Of a stretch of 64,000 nt of DNA, positions 34,201 to 49,200 are shown piece after piece. Made by a program: the position numbers and the translations under genes. The DNA comes from Eledone cirrhosa (Eukaryota): positions 36,022,001 through 36,086,000 of the forward strand of contig OZ024741.1 of NCBI GenBank assembly GCA_964016885.1, written 5' to 3'. Positions within the stretch are counted from its first letter, which is position 1. Every line of letters starts with the position of its first letter. A model generated the notes under the pieces. The model worked only from the letters and a program-made list of their open reading frames with translations, ran no database searches and was not told where the DNA came from.

Positions 34201-37200
34201 ATGGAATCTTCAGCCTATGGACTTTTCACCCTAAGAACTCTTCAGCCTGTGAACTCTTCACACTAAGAACTCTTCAGCCTATCGACTCTTCAGCCTATGA
34301 ACTCTTCACACTAAGAACTCTTCAGCCTATGGACTCTTCAACCTATGGAATCTTCAGCCTATGGACTTTTCACCCTAAGAACACTTTAGCCTATGGATTC
34401 ATGAACCTATGAACGCTTCAGTCTATGAACTCTTCAGACTATGGACTCTTCAGCCTATGAATTATTCACCCTAAGATCTCTTCAGCCTATGAACTCTTTA
34501 ACCTATGAACTCTTCAGCCTATGGACTCTTCACCCTAAGAACTCTTCAGCCTATGGACTCTTCAGCCTATGAACTCTGCATCCTATGAAATCTTCGACCT
34601 ATGGACTTTTCACCCTAAGAACTCATTAGCCTATGGACAGTTCAGCCTATGAACCTTTCAGCCTATTGGACTCTTCAGCCTAACAACTCTTCAGCCTATC
34701 AACTCTTCACCCTAAGAACTCTTAAGCCTATGAACTTGTTACTCTAAGGACTCTTCAGACTATGAACTCTTCAGCCTATGGACTATTCAGCCTATGAAAT
34801 CTTAAACCAATGGACTCTTCAACCTATGAACTCTTAAACCTATGAACTCTTCAGTCTATGAACTATTCAACCTATAGACTCTTCAGCCTATAAACTCTTG
34901 AGCCTATGGAGTCTTCACCCTAAGAACTATTCAGCGTATGAACTCTTCAGCCTATGAACTCTTCAGTCGATAAAATATGCACGCTAAGAACTCTTCAGCC
35001 TATGAACTCTTCACGATAAGAACTCTTCAGCCTATAAACTGTTCACCCTAAGAACTCTTCAGCCTATGAATTCTTCAGCCTATGGACTATTCAGTCTATG
35101 GACTTTTCATCCTAAAAACTCTACAGCCTATGAAATCTTCAGCCTATGAACTCTTCACACTAAGAACTCTTCAGCCTATGGACTCTTCAGCCTATGAACT
35201 CTTCAGCCTATGGACTCTTCAGCCTATGAAATCTTCACACTTAGAACTCTTCAGCCTATGAACTCTTCGCCTTAAGAACTCTTCAGCCTATGTACTCTTC
35301 ACCCTAAGAACTCTTCAGTCTATGAACTGTTCACTCTTAGAACTCTTCAGCCTAAGAACTGTTCAGCCTATGGACTCTTCAGCCTATGAACTCTTCACGC
35401 TTAGAACTCTTCATCCTAAGAACTCTTCAGCCTATGGACTTTCAGCCTATGTACTCTTCGCCCTAAGAACTCTTCAGCCTATGGACTCTTCAGCCTATGA
35501 ACTTTTCAGCCTATGGACTCTTCACACTAGGAACTCTTCAGCCTATCAACTCTTCACTCTATGAACTCTTCACTCTAAGAACTCTTCAGCCTATGGACTC
35601 TTCATCCTAAGAAATATTCAGCCTATGAACTGTTCACACTAAGAATTCTTCAGCCTAAGAACTGTTCAGCCTATTGACTCTGCAGCCTATGAACTCTTCA
35701 CCATAAGAACTCTTCAGCCTATGGACTCTTCAGCCTATGAACTATTCACCCTATGGACACTTCAGCCTATGGACTCTTCACTCTAAGAAATCTTTAGCCT
35801 CTGGACTCTGCAACCTATTGGTTCTTCACCCTAAGAACTCTTCAGCCTATGGACTCTTCGCCCAAAGAACAGTTCACCCTTAGAACTCTTCAGGCTATTA
35901 TCACTTCAACCTAAGAATTCTTCAACCTATGAACTCTTCACCCTAAGAACTCTTCAGACTATGGAATTTTCTGCCTATGGACTCTTCAGCCTAGAGACTC
36001 TTCAGCCTATGGACACTTCCGCCTATGAACTCTTCACACTAATAAATCTTCAGCCTATGAACTATGCACCATAACAACTCTTCAGCCTATGGATTCGTCA
36101 GCCTATGAACTCTTCAGCCTATTGACTCTTCAGCCTATGGACTCTTCACCCTAAGAACTCTTCAGCCTATAGATTTTCAGCCTATGAACTCTTCAACCTT
36201 AGAACTTTCAGGCTATTATCTCTTCACCCTGAGAACTCTTCAGCCTGTGAACTCTTCACCCTAAGAACTCTTCAGCCTATGGACTCTTCACCCTAAGAAC
36301 TCTTCAGCGTATGGACTCTTCAGCCTATGGAAACTTCAGTCTATGAACACTTTACCTTAAGAACACTTCAGTCTGTGACCTCTTCACTCTAAGAACTCTT
36401 CAGCCTATGGGCTCTTCACCCTAAGAACTATTCAGCCTGTGGATTTTAAGCCTATGAACTCTTCAACCTATGGACTCTTCACCCTAAGAACTCTTCAGCC
36501 TATGGACTCTTCACGCTATTAGTTCTTCACCCCTAAGAAATCTTCAGCCTATGAATTATTCACCCTAAGAACTCTTCAGACTATGAACTCTTAAACTTAA
36601 GAACTCTTCAGCCTATAGACTCATCACCCTAAGAATTCTTCAGTCTATGAACTGTTCACTCTTAGAAATCTTCAGCCTAAGAACTGTTCAGCCTATGGAC
36701 TCTTCAACCTATGAACTCTTCAACCTATGGACTCTTCAGCCTATCGACTCTTCAGCCTATGAACTCTTTACCCTAAGAACTTTTCAGCCTGGGAATTCTT
36801 CACACTAAGAACTCTTCAGCCTATGGATTCATCAACCTATGAACGCTTCAGTCTATGAACTCTTCAGCCTATGGATTCTTATGCTTATGAACTCTGCAGC
36901 CTATGAAATCTTCAACCTATGGACTCTTCACCCTAAGAACTCATCAGCCTATAGACAGTTGAGCCTATGGTCTCTTCAGCCTATGGACTCTTCAGCCTAT
37001 GAACTCTTTACCCTAAGAACTCTTCAGCCTATGAACTCTTCAGCCTATGAACTCGTTACTCTAAGAACTCTTCAGACTATGAACTCGTCAGCCTATGAAC
37101 TCTTCAGCCTATGGACTCTTCACCCTAAGAACTCTTCAGCCTATGGATTTTTCAGCCTATGAACTCTTCACCCTTAGAACTCTTCAGGCTATTATCTCTT

Positions 37201-40200
37201 CACCCTGAGAACTCTTCAGCCTATGAACTGTTCACCCTAAGAACTCCTCAGCCTATGGACTCTTCAGGCTATGGAATCTTCAGCACATGAATTCTTTACC
37301 CTAAGAACACTTCAGCCTGTAAACTCTTCACGCTAAGAACTCTTCAGCCTATAGGCTCTTCACCCTAAGAACCCTTCAGCCTATGGACTCTTCAGCCATT
37401 GAACTCTTCCCCCTAAGAACTCTTCAGCCTATGAACTTTTCAACCTATGGAATCTTCAGCCTATGGACTTTTCACCCTAAGAAAACTTCAGCCTATGGAC
37501 TCTTTAGTCTATGGAATCTTCAGCCTATGAACTCTTTACCCTAAGAACTCTTCAGCCTGTGAACTCTTCACACTAAGAACTCTTCAGCCTATCGACTCTT
37601 CAGCCTATGAACTCTTCACACTAAGAACTCTTCAGCCTATGAACTCTTCAACCTATGGAATCTTCAGCCTATGGACTTTTCACCCTAAGAACACTTTAGC
37701 CTATGGATTCATGAACCTATGAACGCTTCAGTCTATGAACTCTTCAGACTATGGACTCTTCAGCCTATGAATTATTCACCCTAAGATCTCTTCAGCCTAT
37801 GAACTCTTTAACCTATGAACTCTTCAGCCTATGGACTCTTCACCCTAAGAACTCTTCAGCCTATGGACTCTTCAGCCTATGAACTCTGCATCCTATGAAA
37901 TCTTCGACCTATGGACTTTTCACCCTAAGAACTCATTAGCCTATGGACAGTTCAGCCTATGAACCTTTCATCCTATTGGACTCTTCAGCCTAACAACTCT
38001 TCAGCCTATCAACTCTTCACCCTAAGAACTCTTAAGCCTATGAACTTGTTACTCTAAGGACTCTTCAGACTATGAACTCTTCAGCCTATGGACTATTCAG
38101 CCTATGAAATCTTAAACCAATGGACTCTTCAACCTATGAACTCTTAAACCTATGAACTCTTCAGTCTATGAACTATTCAACCTATAGACTCTTCAGCCTA
38201 TAAACTCTTGAGCCTATGGAGTCTTCACCCTAAGAACTATTCAGCGTATGAACTCTTCAGCCTATGAACTCTTCAGTCGATAAAATATGCACGCTAAGAA
38301 CTCTTCAGCCTATGAACTCTTCACGATAAGAACTCTTCAGCCTATAAACTGTTCACCCTAAGAACTCTTCAGCCTGTGAATTCTTCAGCCTATGGACTAT
38401 TCAGTCTATGGACTTTTCATCCTAAAAACTCTACAGCCTATGAAATCTTCAGCCTATGAACTCTTCACACTAAGAACTCTTCAGCCTATGGACTCTTCAG
38501 CCTATGAACTCTTCAGCCTATGGACTCTTCAGCCTATGAAATCTTCACACTTAGAACTCTTCAGCCTATGAACTCTTCGCCTTAAGAACTCTTCAGCCTA
38601 TGTACTCTTCACCCTAAGAACTCTTCAGTCTATGAACTGTTCACTCTTAGAACTCTTCAGCCTAAGAACTGTTCAGCCTATGGACTCTTCAGCCTATGAA
38701 CTCTTCACGCTTAGAACTCTTCATCCTAAGAACTCTTCAGCCTATGGACTTTCAGCCTATGTACTCTTCGCCCTAAGAACTCTTCAGCCTATGGACTCTT
38801 CAGCCTATGAACTTTTCAGCCTATGGACTCTTCACACTAGGAACTCTTCAGCCTATCAACTCTTCACTCTATGAACTCTTCACTCTAAGAACTCTTCAGC
38901 CTATGGACTCTTCATCCTAAGAAATATTCAGCCTATGAACTGTTCACACTAAGAATTCTTCAGCCTAAGAACTGTTCAGCCTATTGACTCTGCAGCCTAT
39001 GAACTCTTCACCATAAGAACTCTTCAGCCTATGGACTCTTCAGCCTATGAACTATTCACCCTATGGACACTTCAGCCTATGGACTCTTCACTCTAAGAAA
39101 TCTTTAGCCTCTGGACTCTGCAACCTATTGGTTCTTCACCCTAAGAACTCTTCAGCCTATGGACTCTTCGCCCAAAGAACAGTTCACCCTTAGAACTCTT
39201 CAGGCTATTATCACTTCAACCTAAGAATTCTTCAACCTATGAACTCTTCACCCTAAGAACTCTTCAGACTATGGAATTTTCTGCCTATGGACTCTTCAGC
39301 CTAGAGACTCTTCAGCCTATGGACACTTCCGCCTATGAACTCTTCACACTAATAAATCTTCAGCCTATGAACTATGCACCATAACAACTCTTCAGCCTAT
39401 GGATTCGTCAGCCTATGAACTCTTCAGCCTATTGACTCTTCAGCCTATGGACTCTTCACCCTAAGAACTCTTCAGCCTATAGATTTTCAGCCTATGAACT
39501 CTTCAACCTTAGAACTTTCAGGCTATTATCTCTTCACCCTGAGAACTCTTCAGCCTGTGAACTCTTCACCCTAAGAACTCTTCAGCCTATGGACTCTTCA
39601 CCCTAAGAACTCTTCAGCGTATGGACTCTTCAGCCTATGGAAACTTCAGTCTATGAACACTTTACCTTAAGAACACTTCAGTCTGTGACCTCTTCACTCT
39701 AAGAACTCTTCAGCCTATGGGCTCTTCACCCTAAGAACTATTCAGCCTGTGGATTTTAAGCCTATGAACTCTTCAACCTATGGACTCTTCACCCTAAGAA
39801 CTCTTCAGCCTATGGACTCTTCACGCTATTAGTTCTTCACCCCTAAGAAATCTTCAGCCTATGAATTATTCACCCTAAGAACTCTTCAGACTATGAACTC
39901 TTAAACTTAAGAACTCTTCAGCCTATAGACTCATCACCCTAAGAATTCTTCAGTCTATGAACTGTTCACTCTTAGAAATCTTCAGCCTAAGAACTGTTCA
40001 GCCTATGGACTCTTCAACCTATGAACTCTTCAACCTATGGACTCTTCAGCCTATCGACTCTTCAGCCTATGAACTCTTTACCCTAAGAACTTTTCAGCCT
40101 GGGAATTCTTCACACTAAGAACTCTTCAGCCTATGGATTCATCAACCTATGAACGCTTCAGTCTATGAACTCTTCAGCCTATGGATTCTTATGCTTATGA

Positions 40201-43200
40201 ACTCTGCAGCCTATGAAATCTTCAACCTATGGACTCTTCACCCTAAGAACTCATCAGCCTATAGACAGTTGAGCCTATGGTCTCTTCAGCCTATGGACTC
40301 TTCAGCCTATGAACTCTTTACCCTAAGAACTCTTCAGCCTATGAACTCTTCAGCCTATGAACTCGTTACTCTAAGAACTCTTCAGACTATGAACTCGTCA
40401 GCCTATGAACTCTTCAGCCTATGGACTCTTCAGCCTATGAAATCTTCAACCAATGGACTCTTCAACCTATGAAATCTTCAGACTATGAACTCTTCAGTCT
40501 ATGAACTATTCACCCAATAGACTCTTCAGCCTATGAATTCTTGAGCCTATGGACTCTTCACCCTAAGAACTCTTCAGCGTATGAACTCTTCAGCCTATGA
40601 ACTCTTCAGTTTATAAAATCTGCACCCTAAGAACTCTTTAGCCTATGAACTCTTCACGATAAGAACTCTTCAGCCTGAGGACTCTTCACCCTAAGAACTG
40701 TTCAGCCTATGGACTCTTCAGCCTATGAATTCTTCAGTCTATGGTCTATTCGGCCTATGGACTTTTCATCCTAAAATCTCTACAGCCTATGAAATCTTCA
40801 TCCTATTGACACTTCAGCCTATGAACTCTTCACACTAAGAACTCTTCAGCCTATGGACTCTTCACCCTAAGAACTCTTCAGCCTATGGACTCTTCAGCCT
40901 GTGAAATCTTCAGCCTATGGACTCTTCAGCATATGGACTCTTCAGCCTATGGGCTCTTCACCCTAAGAACTCTTCATCCTATGGACTCTTCACCCTAAGA
41001 ACTCTTCATCCTATGAACTCTTCACCCTAAATACCCTTCAGCCTATGGATTATTCAGCCTATGGACTCTTCAACCTAAGAACTCTTCAGCCTATGAACTC
41101 TTCAACCTATGGCCTCTTCAGCTTATGGACTCTTCCCCCTATGAACTCTTCAGTCTATGAAATCTTCACCCTAAGAAATCTTCAGCCTATGAACTCTTCA
41201 ACCTATGGACTCTTCACACTAAGAACTGATCAACCTATGGACTCTTCAGCCTATGAATTCTTCCGCCTGTGGGCTCTTCACCCTAAGAACTCTTCAGCCT
41301 ATGGACTCTTCAGACTATGAAATCTTCACACTTAGAACTCTTCAGCCTATGGACTCTTCACCCTAAGAACTCTTCAGGCTGTGAACTGTTCACTCTTAGA
41401 ACACTTCAGCGTAAGAACTGTTCAACCTATGGACTCTTCAGCCTATGAACTCTTCAGGCTTAGAACACTTCAGCGTACGAACTCTTCACCCTAAGAACTC
41501 TTCAGCCTATGGACTCTTCAGCCTATGAACTATTCACCCTATGGACACTTCAGCCTATGGACTCTTCACTCTAAGAAATCTTTAGCCTCTGGACTCTGCA
41601 ACCTATTGGTTCTTCACCCTAAGAACTCTTCAGCCTATGGACTCTTCGCCCAAAGAACAGTTCACCCTTAGAACTCTTCAGGCTATTATCACTTCAACCT
41701 AAGAATTCTTCAACCTATGAACTCTTCACCCTAAGAACTCTTCAGACTATGGAATTTTCTGCCTATGGACTCTTCAGCCTAGAGACTCTTCAGCCTATGG
41801 ACACTTCCGCCTATGAACTCTTCACACTAATAAATCTTCAGCCTATGAACTATGCACCATAACAACTCTTCAGCCTATGGATTCGTCAGCCTATGAACTC
41901 TTCAGCCTATTGACTCTTCAGCCTATGGACTCTTCACCCTAAGAACTCTTCAGCCTATAGATTTTCAGCCTATGAACTCTTCAACCTTAGAACTTTCAGG
42001 CTATTATCTCTTCACCCTGAGAACTCTTCAGCCTGTGAACTCTTCACCCTAAGAACTCTTCAGCCTATGGACTCTTCACCCTAAGAACTCTTCAGCGTAT
42101 GGACTCTTCAGCCTATGGAAACTTCAGTCTATGAACACTTTACCTTAAGAACACTTCAGTCTGTGACCTCTTCACTCTAAGAACTCTTCAGCCTATGGGC
42201 TCTTCACCCTAAGAACTATTCAGCCTGTGGATTTTAAGCCTATGAACTCTTCAACCTATGGACTCTTCACCCTAAGAACTCTTCAGCCTATGGACTCTTC
42301 ACGCTATTAGTTCTTCACCCCTAAGAAATCTTCAGCCTATGAATTATTCACCCTAAGAACTCTTCAGACTATGAACTCTTAAACTTAAGAACTCTTCAGC
42401 CTATAGACTCATCACCCTAAGAATTCTTCAGTCTATGAACTGTTCACTCTTAGAAATCTTCAGCCTAAGAACTGTTCAGCCTATGGACTCTTCAACCTAT
42501 GAACTCTTCAACCTATGGACTCTTCAGCCTATCGACTCTTCAGCCTATGAACTCTTTACCCTAAGAACTTTTCAGCCTGGGAATTCTTCACACTAAGAAC
42601 TCTTCAGCCTATGGATTCATCAACCTATGAACGCTTCAGTCTATGAACTCTTCAGCCTATGGATTCTTATGCTTATGAACTCTGCAGCCTATGAAATCTT
42701 CAACCTATGGACTCTTCACCCTAAGAACTCATCAGCCTATAGACAGTTGAGCCTATGGTCTCTTCAGCCTATGGACTCTTCAGCCTATGAACTCTTTACC
42801 CTAAGAACTCTTCAGCCTATGAACTCTTCAGCCTATGAACTCGTTACTCTAAGAACTCTTCAGACTATGAACTCGTCAGCCTATGAACTCTTCAGCCTAT
42901 GGACTCTTCACCCTAAGAACTCTTCAGCCTATGGATTTTTCAGCCTATGAACTCTTCACCCTTAGAACTCTTCAGGCTATTATCTCTTCACCCTGAGAAC
43001 TCTTCAGCCTATGAACTGTTCACCCTAAGAACTCCTCAGCCTATGGACTCTTCAGGCTATGGAATCTTCAGCACATGAATTCTTTACCCTAAGAACACTT
43101 CAGCCTGTAAACTCTTCACGCTAAGAACTCTTCAGCCTATAGGCTCTTCACCCTAAGAACCCTTCAGCCTATGGACTCTTCAGCCATTGAACTCTTCCCC

Positions 43201-46200
43201 CTAAGAACTCTTCAGCCTATGAACTTTTCAACCTATGGAATCTTCAGCCTATGGACTTTTCACCCTAAGAAAACTTCAGCCTATGGACTCTTTAGTCTAT
43301 GGAATCTTCAGCCTATGAACTCTTTACCCTAAGAACTCTTCAGCCTGTGAACTCTTCACACTAAGAACTCTTCAGCCTATCGACTCTTCAGCCTATGAAC
43401 TCTTCACACTAAGAACTCTTCAGCCTATGAACTCTTCAACCTATGGAATCTTCAGCCTATGGACTTTTCACCCTAAGAACACTTTAGCCTATGGATTCAT
43501 GAACCTATGAACGCTTCAGTCTATGAACTCTTCAGACTATGGACTCTTCAGCCTATGAATTATTCACCCTAAGATCTCTTCAGCCTATGAACTCTTTAAC
43601 CTATGAACTCTTCAGCCTATGGACTCTTCACCCTAAGAACTCTTCAGCCTATGGACTCTTCAGCCTATGAACTCTGCATCCTATGAAATCTTCGACCTAT
43701 GGACTTTTCACCCTAAGAACTCATTAGCCTATGGACAGTTCAGCCTATGAACCTTTCATCCTATTGGACTCTTCAGCCTAACAACTCTTCAGCCTATCAA
43801 CTCTTCACCCTAAGAACTCTTAAGCCTATGAACTTGTTACTCTAAGGACTCTTCAGACTATGAACTCTTCAGCCTATGGACTATTCAGCCTATGAAATCT
43901 TAAACCAATGGACTCTTCAACCTATGAACTCTTAAACCTATGAACTCTTCAGTCTATGAACTATTCAACCTATAGACTCTTCAGCCTATAAACTCTTGAG
44001 CCTATGGAGTCTTCACCCTAAGAACTATTCAGCGTATGAACTCTTCAGCCTATGAACTCTTCAGTCGATAAAATATGCACGCTAAGAACTCTTCAGCCTA
44101 TGAACTCTTCACGATAAGAACTCTTCAGCCTATAAACTGTTCACCCTAAGAACTCTTCAGCCTGTGAATTCTTCAGCCTATGGACTATTCAGTCTATGGA
44201 CTTTTCATCCTAAAAACTCTACAGCCTATGAAATCTTCAGCCTATGAACTCTTCACACTAAGAACTCTTCAGCCTATGGACTCTTCAGCCTATGAACTCT
44301 TCAGCCTATGGACTCTTCAGCCTATGAAATCTTCACACTTAGAACTCTTCAGCCTATGAACTCTTCGCCTTAAGAACTCTTCAGCCTATGTACTCTTCAC
44401 CCTAAGAACTCTTCAGTCTATGAACTGTTCACTCTTAGAACTCTTCAGCCTAAGAACTGTTCAGCCTATGGACTCTTCAGCCTATGAACTCTTCACGCTT
44501 AGAACTCTTCATCCTAAGAACTCTTCAGCCTATGGACTTTCAGCCTATGTACTCTTCGCCCTAAGAACTCTTCAGCCTATGGACTCTTCAGCCTATGAAC
44601 TTTTCAGCCTATGGACTCTTCACACTAGGAACTCTTCAGCCTATCAACTCTTCACTCTATGAACTCTTCACTCTAAGAACTCTTCAGCCTATGGACTCTT
44701 CATCCTAAGAAATATTCAGCCTATGAACTGTTCACACTAAGAATTCTTCAGCCTAAGAACTGTTCAGCCTATTGACTCTGCAGCCTATGAACTCTTCACC
44801 ATAAGAACTCTTCAGCCTATGGACTCTTCAGCCTATGAACTATTCACCCTATGGACACTTCAGCCTATGGACTCTTCACTCTAAGAAATCTTTAGCCTCT
44901 GGACTCTGCAACCTATTGGTTCTTCACCCTAAGAACTCTTCAGCCTATGGACTCTTCGCCCAAAGAACAGTTCACCCTTAGAACTCTTCAGGCTATTATC
45001 ACTTCAACCTAAGAATTCTTCAACCTATGAACTCTTCACCCTAAGAACTCTTCAGACTATGGAATTTTCTGCCTATGGACTCTTCAGCCTAGAGACTCTT
45101 CAGCCTATGGACACTTCCGCCTATGAACTCTTCACACTAATAAATCTTCAGCCTATGAACTATGCACCATAACAACTCTTCAGCCTATGGATTCGTCAGC
45201 CTATGAACTCTTCAGCCTATTGACTCTTCAGCCTATGGACTCTTCACCCTAAGAACTCTTCAGCCTATAGATTTTCAGCCTATGAACTCTTCAACCTTAG
45301 AACTTTCAGGCTATTATCTCTTCACCCTGAGAACTCTTCAGCCTGTGAACTCTTCACCCTAAGAACTCTTCAGCCTATGGACTCTTCACCCTAAGAACTC
45401 TTCAGCGTATGGACTCTTCAGCCTATGGAAACTTCAGTCTATGAACACTTTACCTTAAGAACACTTCAGTCTGTGACCTCTTCACTCTAAGAACTCTTCA
45501 GCCTATGGGCTCTTCACCCTAAGAACTATTCAGCCTGTGGATTTTAAGCCTATGAACTCTTCAACCTATGGACTCTTCACCCTAAGAACTCTTCAGCCTA
45601 TGGACTCTTCACGCTATTAGTTCTTCACCCCTAAGAAATCTTCAGCCTATGAATTATTCACCCTAAGAACTCTTCAGACTATGAACTCTTAAACTTAAGA
45701 ACTCTTCAGCCTATAGACTCATCACCCTAAGAATTCTTCAGTCTATGAACTGTTCACTCTTAGAAATCTTCAGCCTAAGAACTGTTCAGCCTATGGACTC
45801 TTCAACCTATGAACTCTTCAACCTATGGACTCTTCAGCCTATCGACTCTTCAGCCTATGAACTCTTTACCCTAAGAACTTTTCAGCCTGGGAATTCTTCA
45901 CACTAAGAACTCTTCAGCCTATGGATTCATCAACCTATGAACGCTTCAGTCTATGAACTCTTCAGCCTATGGATTCTTATGCTTATGAACTCTGCAGCCT
46001 ATGAAATCTTCAACCTATGGACTCTTCACCCTAAGAACTCATCAGCCTATAGACAGTTGAGCCTATGGTCTCTTCAGCCTATGGACTCTTCAGCCTATGA
46101 ACTCTTTACCCTAAGAACTCTTCAGCCTATGAACTCTTCAGCCTATGAACTCGTTACTCTAAGAACTCTTCAGACTATGAACTCGTCAGCCTATGAACTC

Positions 46201-49200
46201 TTCAGCCTATGGACTCTTCAGCCTATGAAATCTTCAACCAATGGACTCTTCAACCTATGAACTCTTCAGACTATGAACTCTTCAGTCTATGAACTATTCA
46301 CCCAATAGACTCTTCAGCCTATGAATTCTTGAGCCTATGGACTCTTCACCCTAAGAACTCTTCAGCGTATGAACTCTTCAGCCTATGAACTCTTCAGTTT
46401 ATAAAATCTGCACCCTAAGAACTCTTTAGCCTATGAACTCTTCACGATAAGAACTCTTCAGCCTGAGGACTCTTCACCCTAAGAACTGTTCAGCCTATGG
46501 ACTCTTCAGCCTATGAATTCTTCAGTCTATGGTCTATTCGGCCTATGGACTTTTCATCCTAAAATCTCTACAGCCTATGAAATCTTCATCCTATTGACAC
46601 TTCAGCCTATGAACTCTTCACACTAAGAACTCTTCAGCCTATGGACTCTTCACCCTAAGAACTCTTCAGCCTATGGACTCTTCAGCCTGTGAAATCTTCA
46701 GCCTATGGACTCTTCAGCATATGGACTCTTCAGCCTATGGGCTCTTCACCCTAAGAACTCTTCATCCTATGGACTCTTCACCCTAAGAACTCTTCATCCT
46801 ATGAACTCTTCACCCTAAATACCCTTCAGCCTATGGATTATTCAGCCTATGGACTCTTCAACCTAAGAACTCTTCAGCCTATGAACTCTTCAACCTATGG
46901 CCTCTTCAGCTTATGGACTCTTCCCCCTATGAACTCTTCAGTCTATGAAATCTTCACCCTAAGAAATCTTCAGCCTATGAACTCTTCAACCTATGGACTC
47001 TTCACACTAAGAACTGATCAACCTATGGACTCTTCAGCCTATGAATTCTTCCGCCTGTGGGCTCTTCACCCTAAGAACTCTTCAGCCTATGGACTCTTCA
47101 GACTATGAAATCTTCACACTTAGAACTCTTCAGCCTATGGACTCTTCACCCTAAGAACTCTTCAGGCTGTGAACTGTTCACTCTTAGAACACTTCAGCGT
47201 AAGAACTGTTCAACCTATGGACTCTTCAGCCTATGAACTCTTCAGGCTTAGAACACTTCAGCGTACGAACTCTTCACCCTAAGAACTCTTCAGCCTATGG
47301 ACTTTCAGCCTATGTACTCTTCAACCTATGGACTCTTCAGCATATGGACTCTTCGCCCTAAGAACTCTTCAGCCTATGTACTCTTCATCCTATGAACTTT
47401 TAAGCCTATGGACACTTCAGCCTATGGATTCTTCACTCTAAGAAATCTTTAGACTATGGACTCTTCACCCTAAGAACAGTTCACCCTTAGAACTCTTCAG
47501 CATACGAACTCTTCACCCCTAGAACTCTTCAGGCTATTATCACTTCAACCTAAGAATTCTTCAGCCTATGAAGTCTTCACCCTAAGAACTCTTCAGACTA
47601 TGGAATCTTCAGCCTATGGACTCTTCAGCCTAGAGACACTTCAGCCTATGGACACTTCAGCCTATGAACTCTTCACACTAAGAACTCTTCAGCCTATGAA
47701 CTCTGCAGCCTAACAAAACTTAAGCCTATGGACTCGTCAGCCTATGAACTCTTCAGCCTATTGACTCTTCAGCCTATGGACTCTTCACCCTAAGAACTCT
47801 TCAGCCTATGGACTTTTCAGCCTATGAACTCTTCACCCTTAGAACTATTCAGGCTATTATCTCTTCACCCTGAGAACTCTTCAGCCTGTGAACTCTTCAC
47901 CCTAAAAACTCTTCAGCCTATGGACTCTTCACCCTAAGAACTCTTCAGCCTATGGAATTCTTCATACTTAGAACTCTTCAGCCTATGAACTCTTAACCCT
48001 AAGAACTCTTCAGCCTGTGAACTCTTCAGCATATGAACTCTTTACCCTGGAGAACTCTTCAGCCTGTGAACTCTTAACGCTAAGAACTCTTCAGCCTATG
48101 AATTCTTCAGCCTATGAACTCTTCAGCCTATGAACTCTTCACCCTAAGCACTCTTCAGCCTATGAACTCTTCACCATAAGAATTTTTCAGCCTATGAAAT
48201 CTTCACCCTAAGAACTATTCAGCCTATGAACTGTTCACTCTTAGAACTCTTCAGCCTAAGAACTGTTCAACGTATGGACTCTTCAGCCTATGGACTCTTC
48301 ACCCTAAGAACTCTTCAGCCTATGAATTCTTCAGCCTCTGGTCTATTCAGTCTATGGACTTTTCATCCTAAAAACTCTACAGCCTATGAAATCTTCAGCC
48401 TATGAACTCTTCACACTAAGAACTCTTCAGCCTATGGACTCTTCAGCCTATGAACTCTTCAGCCTATGTACTCTTCACCCTAAGAATCCTTCAGTCTATG
48501 AACTGTTCACTCTTAGAACTCTTCAGCCTAAGAACTGTTCAGCCTATGGACTCTTCAGCCTATGAACTCTTCACGCTTAGAACTCTTCATCCTAAGCACT
48601 CTTCAGCCTATGGAATTTCAGCCTATGTACTATTCGCCCTAAGAATTCTTCAGCCTATGGACTCTTCAGCCTATGAACATTCAGCCTATGGACTCTTCAC
48701 ACTAGGAACTCTTCAGCCTATCAACTCTTCACTCTATGAACTCTTCACTCTAAGAACTCTTCAGCCTATGGACTCTTCACCCTAAGAAATATTCAGCCTA
48801 TGAACTGTTCACACTAAGAATTCTTCAGCCTAAGAACTGTTCAGCCTATTGACTCTTCAGCCTATGAACTCTTCACCATAAGAACTCTTCAGCCTATGGA
48901 CTCTTCAGCCTATGGACTCTTCAGCCTAGATACTCTTCAGCCTATGGACACTTCAGCCTATGAACTCTTTACATTAAGAACTCTTCAGCCTATGAATTCT
49001 TCACCCTAACAACTCTTCAGCCTATGGACTCGTCAGCCTATGAACTCTTCAGCCTATTGACTCTTCAGCCTATGGACTCTTCACCCTAAGAACTCTTCAG
49101 CCTATGGATTTTTCAGCCTATGAACTCTTCACCCTTAGAACTCTTCAGGCTATTATCTCTTCACCCTGAGAACTCTTCAGCCTATGAACTCTTCACCCTA

